Origin: a bacterium
Lineage (GTDB): Bacteria; Planctomycetota; UBA1135; GCA-002686595
Assembly: GCA_024228395.1 (NCBI GenBank)
Contig: JAAETM010000018.1
Coordinates: 2,440 to 66,439, forward strand
Direction: 5' to 3'
DNA: 64,000 nt
Of this stretch, positions 25,566 through 33,240 are shown one piece after another. Under the pieces are notes generated by a model, which was not told the origin of the DNA, did not search any database, and saw only the letters and a list, made by a program, of their open reading frames with translations. How positions within the stretch are numbered: position 1 is the stretch's first letter; each line of letters begins with the position of its first letter. Position numbers and translations under genes: made by a program.

Positions 25566-26975
25566 ATGAAAGTTCTCGTAGCCATTGCCAATTACGGCAC
25601 CAAGAACAAGGCGTTCTTGGACCGCTTGCTCGCAGAGTATCGGTCCATGCCCTGGGATGTGCATCTCGTTGTGTTGTCGGACGAACCCAAAACCGATTTG
25701 GGTGGTGATGTGGAAGTATTGGTTGGTACACCGGAGGAGGACCCCTGGTCTCTTCCGTTCGCCCATCGCAGTCTTTTTGTGGAGCGCATAGAAGACTACG
25801 ATGTCTTCATCTATTCCGAAGACGACACCCTGCTCACCACACGCAATCTACAGGCGTGGATGGAACTGCAGCCAAGCCTACCCGATGACCAAATCCTCGG
25901 TTTTCTGCGCTTCGAAACCTATCGCGACGGGGAACTTTCCTATTGCGGCATTCACTACCATTACCACTGGAACCCGAAGACCGTGGAGCGCGTCGGCGGC
26001 GAAACTTTTGCGCATTATACAAACGAACACAGCGCCCTCTCGGTGCTCAGCCGACGTCAGTTGCGCCACTGTATTGATTCCGGTAACTATGACGTGCCCG
26101 CTCACCAAGGTCGCTACGACATGTTGGTTTCGGCAGCTTCGGATCCCTACACCCAATGCGGGTTGCAGCGCCTGATCTGCACCTCCCGCGTGGATGACTT
26201 TTTATTGTCCCACCTGCCCAACGTGTACTTGGATCGCATCGGTGTGAAGGCGCGGGACTTTCTTCCGCAGTTGCAGGCCATCGAGAGAATTGCCGACGGG
26301 GAAGTTTCATCGGACCAACTGTTCGACCCCAAGGTTCGACTGAACGTCCCGCGAGAAGATTGGAACAAGATTTACTACCCCGAGGTCATTCCTGAATATC
26401 GAGATGCCATTCACTTTGGTGCCCGGCGCATCCTATCCATTGGTTGTGGAGCGGGCGATGTGGAAGCGGACTGGATAGCCCAGGGCGCCACGGTCACCGC
26501 GATCCCCATGGACGCCATCATCGGGGCCACCGCTGCGCTCAGGTCGATAGAGGTATTGCCTCCGAACCTGAATGAGGCTGTGGCCATGTTGGATGGTCGC
26601 CTGTTCGATATCGTGGTCTTCAACAATTGCCTTGAGTACGTTGCTGAGCCCGCGGCGTGGATTCAGCACTTTTTGCCATGTTTGGCCAACAAGGGGCAAG
26701 TGGTGGTGCACGTGCCCAACCAGTTGGGCCGACGTCTCCGCTTCCGTGCGCGCAAGGAGGACTATCCCTATGCCCTACGATCCCGGTTCCGTGACGCCAA
26801 CTATCACTTTACAAGCCCGGGCATTGTGCGCGCCTGGTTCCGTGCGGCCGGGGTGGACCTGGGTGAGATCCATTTCATCCTGAGGGGTAAGGCGGGACGG
26901 ATCGCGAGCATGTTCAAGGGCCTGCTGGACCCCGTTCTTGCAATTTCCTTCATTCAGAGCGGAAGGAAGCGCTAA
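25566..26975 (+). CDS. Two-domain protein: N-terminal GT-A-like domain of unknown specificity + C-terminal class I SAM methyltransferase
   Basis: N-terminus MKVLVAIANYGTKNKAFLDRLL...YDVFIYSEDDTLL (DxD-like). The C-terminal half has motif I ILSIGCGAGDVEADW and FDIVVFNNCLEYV. Confidence 0.6.
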   Translation: MKVLVAIANYGTKNKAFLDRLLAEYRSMPWDVHLVVLSDEPKTDLGGDVEVLVGTPEEDPWSLPFAHRSLFVERIEDYDVFIYSEDDTLLTTRNLQAWMELQPSLPDDQILGFLRFETYRDGELSYCGIHYHYHWNPKTVERVGGETFAHYTNEHSALSVLSRRQLRHCIDSGNYDVPAHQGRYDMLVSAASDPYTQCGLQRLICTSRVDDFLLSHLPNVYLDRIGVKARDFLPQLQAIERIADGEVSSDQLFDPKVRLNVPREDWNKIYYPEVIPEYRDAIHFGARRILSIGCGAGDVEADWIAQGATVTAIPMDAIIGATAALRSIEVLPPNLNEAVAMLDGRLFDIVVFNNCLEYVAEPAAWIQHFLPCLANKGQVVVHVPNQLGRRLRFRARKEDYPYALRSRFRDANYHFTSPGIVRAWFRAAGVDLGEIHFILRGKAGRIASMFKGLLDPVLAISFIQSGRKR

Positions 26976-26979
26976 CTCC

Positions 26980-27936
26980 GTGGGGGATTGTCCGCTGCAG
27001 GCACCCCGTTTCTCGGTTGTCATTCCCGCCTACAACCGGGAGGCCATCGTGGGGCGCGCTATTCAAAGTGCGCTGGATCAGAGCTTTGCACCCTTCGAAA
27101 TCCTGGTTGTCGACGACGGTTCGTCGGACCGCACCGTGGAGGTTGTCGAGTCCTACGGCGATCAAGTGACCCTGATCAAGCGCGAGAACGGCGGCGCGCC
27201 GGCGGCTCGCAACAGCGGCATCTTCGCCGCCACAGGCGAGTGGATCGCCTTCCTCGATTCAGACGATTACTGGACGTCCGACCACCTGAAGCGCATGGCC
27301 GTTGCCATCGAGGGGACCGAGGGTCACGCCGAATATTACTTTGCCGACATTCACATGGCGGAGAATGAGGGTGGATTGCCCCAGTGGGGTCGCGCGGAAT
27401 TTTCGATCGACAGCGACTTCGAAATGCGCGAGGATGGAACGCCCTGGGTGTTGCGCAAACGTGTACCCCTGCTGTTGCAAGCCTCCGTTTTTCACCGTGA
27501 GCGCTTGGTGGCTGCAGGCGGCATGTGGGAGGTCCTTCCCATGCGCGACGACACCCATGTATTCCTACGCCATGGAATTGCCAAGCCTATTTGCGCGGTG
27601 GCTGGTATCGGCACCATTCAGACCTCCGATGATCAATCGGGTGGGCGTTTGACCACAACCATCTGCAATACCACCGAGCGTTATTGGCGTTGCTCGATTC
27701 TGATGTGGCAGGACCTGTTGAATTATGTGCCGGCGGAAGATCGGGAATCCTGTCGCTTGCTCAAACAACGCCTCAGCACATCTCGCATTCGGTTCGCAGT
27801 CAAGGCCGCAAAAGCTGGCCGCGTCTGGTGCGTTCCCCATCACCTTATTTTGGCTTCTCTCGGAAGCCCGGGCACCGTGCTGGGTTCGGTGGCAAGAAAG
27901 ATTGGGATCGCAAGCCAGGAAACCTTGACGGCCTAG
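26980..27936 (+). CDS. Family 2 glycosyltransferase
   Basis: FSVVIPAYNREAIVGRAIQSALDQSFAPFEILVVDDGSSDRT...FLDSDD. A GTG at 26980 avoids overlap with the upstream gene. Confidence 0.8.
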   Translation: MGDCPLQAPRFSVVIPAYNREAIVGRAIQSALDQSFAPFEILVVDDGSSDRTVEVVESYGDQVTLIKRENGGAPAARNSGIFAATGEWIAFLDSDDYWTSDHLKRMAVAIEGTEGHAEYYFADIHMAENEGGLPQWGRAEFSIDSDFEMREDGTPWVLRKRVPLLLQASVFHRERLVAAGGMWEVLPMRDDTHVFLRHGIAKPICAVAGIGTIQTSDDQSGGRLTTTICNTTERYWRCSILMWQDLLNYVPAEDRESCRLLKQRLSTSRIRFAVKAAKAGRVWCVPHHLILASLGSPGTVLGSVARKIGIASQETLTA

Positions 27937-27960
27937 CACCGAAGCTTCACTTTCTTTCCC

Positions 27961-28863
27961 GTGGACCATCCCCGAATCACTGTTGCCATTCCAGTCTACA
28001 ACGGACTTCCTTATCTCAAGGAAGCCGTGGACTCGGTATTGAGCCAGGATTTCGAGGACCTGGAGTTGATCCTTGCGGACAATGCCTCCACTGATGGAAC
28101 CGAGGCGCTCTGCCGGCTATATGCAGAAGGTGACTCCCGCGTGCGCTACTTCCGCCATGTCGAAAACATGGGGGCCGCAGCCAACTTCAATTTCTGTGTT
28201 GCCCGTGCCAAGGGTGAATTCTTCAAGTGGACAGCCGCAGATGATGTTTGCGGCCAAGGCTGGCTGTCCCAGAGCGTGCAGGCCTTGGACCAGGCCGGGC
28301 CGGGAGCCGTGTTGGCCTATCCCTGGATTCAGTGGATCGATGAGTTCTCAGCGAACCTGGATTCCTATGGGCAAGGACTACCCTGGTCTATGGGTAAGCC
28401 CCACGAACGCTTGACGGCGTTGCTGTCCGATCCGGTTGATACCCACTTGTTCAAATGCAGCCCGGTCTGTGGCCTCATTCGGTTGAAGACCCTACGAACC
28501 ACGGGGTTGATTGGTTCCTTTGGTGGTTCCGACAAGGTGACCCTTGTGGAACTTGCGCTGCGCGGCCATTGGGTGGAGGTGCCGGAGTTCTATTTTAAGC
28601 GTAGGGTTCACGCTGGTTCTTCCCTAGCGGCCAACCAGACTCCGGAGGAACTGGCTCAGTGGTTCGATCCCACGGGTGGTAAGCGCTATCCGATGCCGCG
28701 CGTGACTTTGTTTCAAGGGTTCATTCGAGCGGTCAAGGATGCACCTCTTGCGAGGCACGAACGCTGGCGTTGCTTGCGTGTGATGGTGAAGTTTTTTCGG
28801 TCGGAGTGGCGTGTTATGGGGGGGGAGTACAAGATCAAGTTGAGGGAATTTTTGGGGCGCTAG
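27961..28863 (+). CDS. Family 2 glycosyltransferase
   Basis: ITVAIPVYNGLPYLKEAVDSVLSQDFEDLELILADNASTDGT...AADD. GTG start. Confidence 0.8.
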   Translation: MDHPRITVAIPVYNGLPYLKEAVDSVLSQDFEDLELILADNASTDGTEALCRLYAEGDSRVRYFRHVENMGAAANFNFCVARAKGEFFKWTAADDVCGQGWLSQSVQALDQAGPGAVLAYPWIQWIDEFSANLDSYGQGLPWSMGKPHERLTALLSDPVDTHLFKCSPVCGLIRLKTLRTTGLIGSFGGSDKVTLVELALRGHWVEVPEFYFKRRVHAGSSLAANQTPEELAQWFDPTGGKRYPMPRVTLFQGFIRAVKDAPLARHERWRCLRVMVKFFRSEWRVMGGEYKIKLREFLGR

Positions 28864-29204
28864 CTTCGTGTCCTTCGGTGCGCCAGGCTAAGCCTGGACA
28901 ATCACATCATCTGAAAGGGGGTGATCATGGCAATAATCGACTGGCCATGTAGTTGGCTGGGCGGGGTCTCGCGGTGACGCAGACACTGAAGCACCTAGTC
29001 GGCGAAATCGTGGGCCGTAGTAAAGCGAACCGGTCATCGGCCTCGTTACACGAAGTTGCGGGGGGCCAAGATTCCGAAGATCATGAAGTCAGCACTGATC
29101 GTGAAGCTGTCGATGCGAGCAGCGATCGGACCCGCCAGGGTGGCAGCGGACGACACGTGACAATTGATTGTTTAGAAACCTGGGAGACCTCGTAGGTCGG
29201 ATTC

Positions 29205-29716
29205 ATGATCCGAACCCTGGATTTCTTGGGTTGCACCTTTCGGTGGAACAAAAGTAACTACGAAGGCTGGCGTCCATACCTGCAAACCGCTCCTTCCGAA
29301 GCCTCGGCGCTGCGCGCAAAGGTAAGGATACGAGACCTAACTCGGATATTTCATGAACGCGCACCCCAGGCTTCGCAAACGGGCCCCTCTCGCTCCCTGC
29401 CAGGAACCGAGTTGCAGTGCCTGGAGCGCGTCTTCATGGAATATCCGGGCTAACGGATCGGCGCTATCGGATGATTCCGATCGACAAGCTGATACGAAGG
29501 GTCAATCGATTCCTGATCGGGTGGAGGGGATATTTTGAGCACGGGTATCCCTACCGAACCTTTCGCAAGCTCGACAGACACGCCTACTCCGCAGTATACA
29601 ACCACCTCCGCAAGCGAAGTCAGCGGCGTTTCAAACCACCGAAGGGCTGCTCATACTATGAACTCATCTACAAACGGATGGGACTCATACGACTCGCGGC
29701 CAAAGGCTCTCGATAG
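29205..29716 (+). pseudogene. Group II intron reverse transcriptase/maturase remnant (end of RT plus X domain only; frameshifted)
   Basis: LDFLGCTFRW...PSEASALRAKVRIRDLTR in one frame is followed by IDKLIRRVNRFLIGWRGYFEHGYPYRTFRKLDRHAYSAVYNHLRKRS in another. These are typical of the RT-7/maturase junction and the GIIM region. RT domains 0-6 are absent. Confidence 0.65.
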
Positions 29717-29738
29717 CAACAGAAGAAGTCCGTGGGAA

Positions 29739-29769
29739 AGCCGGATGCGGAAAATCTGCACATCCGGTT
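29739..29769 (+). ncRNA. Group II intron domain V
   Basis: AGCCGGAUGCGGAAAAUCUGCACAUCCGGUU: AGC triad, G:U at the second pair, an 8-bp lower helix, a 2-nt AC bulge on the 3' strand and a short upper helix with an A-rich loop. Confidence 0.7.
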
Positions 29770-29906
29770 TGATGAGGGGGATGGGGCATGGGCTCCATCC
29801 CTACTCTACTGCGAACCCAAAATCTCTCTCCTACTCGTCCCTCAATCCCAACCCCCACTTCACAGCGGACCCCAAGTGTTTCGCTTCCACGGCCCAGTGC
29901 CACAGC

Positions 29907-31241
29907 CTACAGTCCAGAGGCCCGCAGTATTGCCGACATCTGTTCCTGTACGTGTGCCCGCACCTTAGGCAAAGCCAGATCCAAACGGCTCTTGGCCGCC
30001 GCACGATCCATATAGCTCTGCATCAGACTGTCCAGCGCATCTTGGGTCTCAAGCGCACGAGGATCGGTGACCTCAGCGGCTTGATCACAGGTCTCGAAAA
30101 CCCCCTGGAACTTCAATGAATAGGCCACAGCCCCCGTGGGCACTCCCGACGACAAAGCCCCGATGGTCGAATGCATTCGCGTGCCACAGAACCACTTCAG
30201 CTTGCCCAGTACACTCTTCACTTCAGCCGCCGTGTACGGCGGTTTGAGAATCGAAATGTGCTCTTGTTCGGTGGCCGACATGGCTTGCATTACCTGGGCG
30301 CAGGCCTCGGGATCCGATTCCACATTGTCCTTGGGCTCGAGCACATGGGGCACAAGAACAACCCGTTCACCGCGTTCGATCAACTCCCGCACCAACCCGT
30401 GAATGAGCTCCTTGTAGTCGGCTTTGAAACCGTAGCGTTCTTTGGCCGCGTTTGGATCCAGATAGATCAAACCACTCACGTTCAGGCCCACCGCCCCCTG
30501 CACTTCCCCTAACCAGGTGGCGGCTTTGTCTTCGAGAATCAGCATGGCTGGGGTGGTGGGCGGCAAACCGAACGCTAGGTCGACACCGACCCGGTGCTTC
30601 TCCGGATCGAAACTTTCGCCGCACAGTTCCTTCAGCGCGACAAAACTCTTTTCATCCCGCGCCCAAGCCATGCGGGCACCCGCCACGGCAGCTTCTGCTA
30701 TTGCGCGCAGGCCCGGGTCTTGGAAGGGACCATAGGTCTGCGGTAACAACACGAGTGGTGTGCCTTGCTCCAAGGTCAGAAGCTTGGGATGCATGGTGGT
30801 CCAAAACCGTTTGACCCCGTAGAGGTCAGTGAACGAATCGCCCCCGGAAACATCCCACACGGCCATGGCTCGGTTGATGCTGCGTACGGCGGGATTGAGT
30901 GCGCTGCCCAAGGGACTCATGCGGCCTAGGAAGCGCATGGTGGCCAGGGTGTCCATGCTGTACAGGCGTTTGGACGGGTTGGCGGCCATGGCGGTGACCC
31001 GGTAGGAACTCTCTCCGATGCGCACTTCGAGTGCTTGGCTTCCTCGGCCAAAGTCGAACACGGTCACGTCCGCGTTCGGGTAGCGCTGGAACATGCCCGC
31101 CACCGCCGAATGGAACAGGGCGGAAACCCCTAGGTTGCCGGTGGAGGGGGCGGCGCCAAAAAGGCACAGGCGCGGAGCGCTGGCGTTCGGGTTGGGCAAG
31201 GTTTGGTGGGGGCACGGATGGGGACTGGTTTGCCGCGACAT
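29907..31241 (-). CDS. Polysaccharide pyruvyl transferase (WcaK/AmsJ-like)
   Basis: GNLGVSALFHSAV...VGVDLAFGL...FCGTRMHSTIGALSSGVPTGAVAYSLKFQGVFE. ATG 31241 is chosen; the upstream part of the ORF overlaps the repeated non-coding element. Confidence 0.75.
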   Translation of the reverse strand: MSRQTSPHPCPHQTLPNPNASAPRLCLFGAAPSTGNLGVSALFHSAVAGMFQRYPNADVTVFDFGRGSQALEVRIGESSYRVTAMAANPSKRLYSMDTLATMRFLGRMSPLGSALNPAVRSINRAMAVWDVSGGDSFTDLYGVKRFWTTMHPKLLTLEQGTPLVLLPQTYGPFQDPGLRAIAEAAVAGARMAWARDEKSFVALKELCGESFDPEKHRVGVDLAFGLPPTTPAMLILEDKAATWLGEVQGAVGLNVSGLIYLDPNAAKERYGFKADYKELIHGLVRELIERGERVVLVPHVLEPKDNVESDPEACAQVMQAMSATEQEHISILKPPYTAAEVKSVLGKLKWFCGTRMHSTIGALSSGVPTGAVAYSLKFQGVFETCDQAAEVTDPRALETQDALDSLMQSYMDRAAAKSRLDLALPKVRAHVQEQMSAILRASGL

Positions 31242-31275
31242 TCCTTGGGGTGAGCCGGGTGCGAGAGCGGTGCAT

Positions 31276-31352
31276 GATCCCAAAACGGAGTCGGCTGGTC
31301 CTCTTTTCTTCGGTAGGTTCGTCGAGAAAACCCATTCCAATCCCTCGAAGCC
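31276..31352. repeat. 77-nt conserved element, copy A (5' leader of the pyruvyl transferase gene)
   Basis: 58/77 identity with 31876-31952 in direct orientation. The minus strand carries GAGGG-N7-ATG (ATG = 31335-31333). Confidence 0.85.
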
Positions 31353-31359
31353 TGCCAAT

Positions 31360-31394
31360 GGGATCAGGCTGGTGGGAGAACCCAGCCTGATCCC
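31360..31394. promoter_or_regulatory. Perfect 13-bp inverted repeat with a 9-nt loop
   Basis: gggatcaggctgg-tgggagaac-ccagcctgatccc. No U-tract on either side. Lies between the small ORF (stop at 31428) and repeat copy A. Confidence 0.6.
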
Positions 31395-31427
31395 ACAGCC
31401 CGAAAACGGGGCTGGTCCCGAGCGGTG

Positions 31428-31640
31428 CTAATTGATCATGAACAGCATCATCAGCAGGGCCATTTCGTTTTTTTCCTTCTCGCGCACCAACACCCGAACG
31501 ATCTCCTTGGGGCTTTCGGTTTTTAGGATCTGCTTCATGGCATAACTTGCAGAAGAGAAGATCTTTGCGATTTCCTTTCGGTCGGCCTGTTTTAGCTGCT
31601 GGATCTCGGTGTAGGAAAGGCGTGTTGTGAAGAGGCTCAT
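31428..31640 (-). CDS. Hypothetical 70-aa protein with a hydrophobic C-terminal tail, in an AT-richer patch
   Basis: MSLFTTRLSYTEIQQLKQADRKEIAKIF...EKNEMALLMMLFMIN. Visibly lower GC than the flanks. Weak RBS. No family recognised. Confidence 0.35.
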   Translation of the reverse strand: MSLFTTRLSYTEIQQLKQADRKEIAKIFSSASYAMKQILKTESPKEIVRVLVREKEKNEMALLMMLFMIN

Positions 31641-31875
31641 CAGTCCACGGCGTCGCGCCTCGTCATAGAGCTGCTTGCCGAAGGGCGGGTTGCTGGTGGT
31701 GGAATCTGTTATGGGCTGGGGTTGGGAGGGTCATCTTACATCTGCTGGGGGTTCTTATTCGGTCTGTTGGCGAAAGTCGGGGCCTGGATGCGCACGAAGA
31801 GGCAACCCGGGCAGTTGCCGTCGGAAGCGTGCTTTTGGGGGTCCAGGGCGTGCAGGATCGGGAAAGCTGCCAGAG

Positions 31876-31952
31876 GATCCTAAAACGGGCCCTCCCGGTC
31901 TCCTTTTCTGGGGCAGGTTCGTCGAATATACCCATTCCAGCCCCTCCAACCC
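31876..31952. repeat. 77-nt conserved element, copy B
   Basis: Direct repeat of 31276-31352, offset by exactly 600 nt. The minus strand carries GGAGGGG-N5-ATG (ATG = 31935-31933). Confidence 0.85.
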
Positions 31953-31968
31953 CCTTTTTCTATTGTCC

Positions 31969-33240
31969 ATGGGACCGATCCGGAACATCCGGGATGTCGC
32001 CGAAAAGCACCTCTGCACCGGTTGCGGAGTTTGCGCCTACCTTGAGCCCCAGGGCATCCGCATGGTGGATGACTTGGGTCAGGGGCGGCGTCCAGTGGTG
32101 CAGGACGGGGCGGGACAGGGCGATGCGCTGGCCGCATGCCCTGGCAAGGCCATGGGGCTGCCTCCTTTCGACGGCAGCAAGGGCCATCTAAAAGAGCTTT
32201 GGCGGGGTTGGGGTCCGATCCTGGAGCTTTGGGAAGGCTACGCTACCGATGGTGAAGTTCGTTTGGCCGGTTCCAGTGGGGGGGCGGCCACGGCCCTGTC
32301 CATTTTCGCACTCGACCAGAAACGCAGTTCCGGTGTTTTGCATACGGTGGCGCGTGGGGATGTGCCCTACCTGAACGAAACGACCCTCAGTCAAACCCGC
32401 GAGCAGCTCATGGCGGCTAGTGGGTCGCGCTATGCGCCCGCCAGCCCCTGCGATGGCCTGCAAAAGATCGAGGACAGCCCGGGGAAGTGCGTGTTCATCG
32501 GAAAACCATGTGATGGGGCCGCACTCAAGCAGGCGGAGGGATTGAGGCCTGCGTTGTCTTCCAAGATCGACGTCAGCATCGCCATATTTTGCGCCGGGGC
32601 GCCTTCGACGCAGGGCACCCTGGAAATGGCAAGGCAGCTGGGTGTGCCCGAACCCAACCACATCGAGTCGGTGCGCTACCGGGGCAATGGTTGGCCGGGC
32701 ATGGCGGTGGTCAGGGGCAAGGATTCCGCTGGCCAGACCGTATCTGGCGAGCTGACCTACGCGGATTCCTGGGGTCGCATCCTGCAGAAGTTTCGGCCCT
32801 GGCGCTGTTACTCCTGCGCGGACCACACGGGCGAGTTCGCGGATATCTCGGTGGGCGATCCCTGGTACCGGGACATTCCAGAGGGCGAACCTGGTAGGTC
32901 CTTGATCCTGGTACGCACCGAACGTGGGCGCGATTTCCTGCGCGCGGCCATGGAAGTAAACGCGCTGACCCTGGAAAAGGCTGCCGCCCATGTGCTGCCC
33001 GATTCGCAGATGAATCTGTTGCATACCCGCGGTGCGGTTTGGGGTCGCAACTGGGCTTGCAGGCTGCTCGGTGTGGCCGCGCCCAAGTACACAGGCATGG
33101 GAACGGGCAAAACCTGGCTCCAGGACCTGACTTTCAAGCAGCGCACCCAGGCCTTTTATGGCACCTTCAAGCGCGTGTTCACCAAGAAGCTCTACAAGCG
33201 CAGGCCCGTTGTTCCCTTTGATGGGGAGGGATGTAGCTGA
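31969..33240 (+). CDS. Coenzyme F420 hydrogenase/dehydrogenase beta-subunit-like (FrhB-family) protein
   Basis: N-terminus HLCTGCGVCAYLEP, SSGGAATAL, GKPCDGAAL, FCAGAPS. ATG 31969 is chosen; the upstream part of the ORF overlaps repeat copy B. Confidence 0.7.
   Translation: MGPIRNIRDVAEKHLCTGCGVCAYLEPQGIRMVDDLGQGRRPVVQDGAGQGDALAACPGKAMGLPPFDGSKGHLKELWRGWGPILELWEGYATDGEVRLAGSSGGAATALSIFALDQKRSSGVLHTVARGDVPYLNETTLSQTREQLMAASGSRYAPASPCDGLQKIEDSPGKCVFIGKPCDGAALKQAEGLRPALSSKIDVSIAIFCAGAPSTQGTLEMARQLGVPEPNHIESVRYRGNGWPGMAVVRGKDSAGQTVSGELTYADSWGRILQKFRPWRCYSCADHTGEFADISVGDPWYRDIPEGEPGRSLILVRTERGRDFLRAAMEVNALTLEKAAAHVLPDSQMNLLHTRGAVWGRNWACRLLGVAAPKYTGMGTGKTWLQDLTFKQRTQAFYGTFKRVFTKKLYKRRPVVPFDGEGCS

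Larger units (their letters stand above)
28878..29809 (+). mobile_element. ORF-degenerate group II intron (candidate 5' GUGCG, maturase remnant, domains V and VI)
   Basis: gtgcg at 28878 is followed by the hairpin ccagg-ctaag-cctgg. A maturase/X-domain remnant lies at 29205-29716, a canonical domain V at 29739-29769, and a domain VI helix with a bulged A at 29803. The total of about 930 nt is far shorter than an ORF-containing intron. The 5' boundary is tentative. Confidence 0.6.

Noticed and set aside
28953-29195. 80-codon ORF between the GT2 gene and the maturase remnant
   Set aside because: It lies in the region best explained as group II intron domain I-III RNA (GNRA-like loops, 5' GUGCG). 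It has no RT motifs and no RBS.
31241-31358. Extending the pyruvyl transferase to ATG 31358, or treating the 169-aa ORF 30826..31335 as a gene
   Set aside because: The extra N-terminal codons coincide with the 77-nt repeat, which is conserved equally in all frames. The 169-aa ORF is out of frame inside the transferase gene and Arg/Pro-rich after the first 20 codons.
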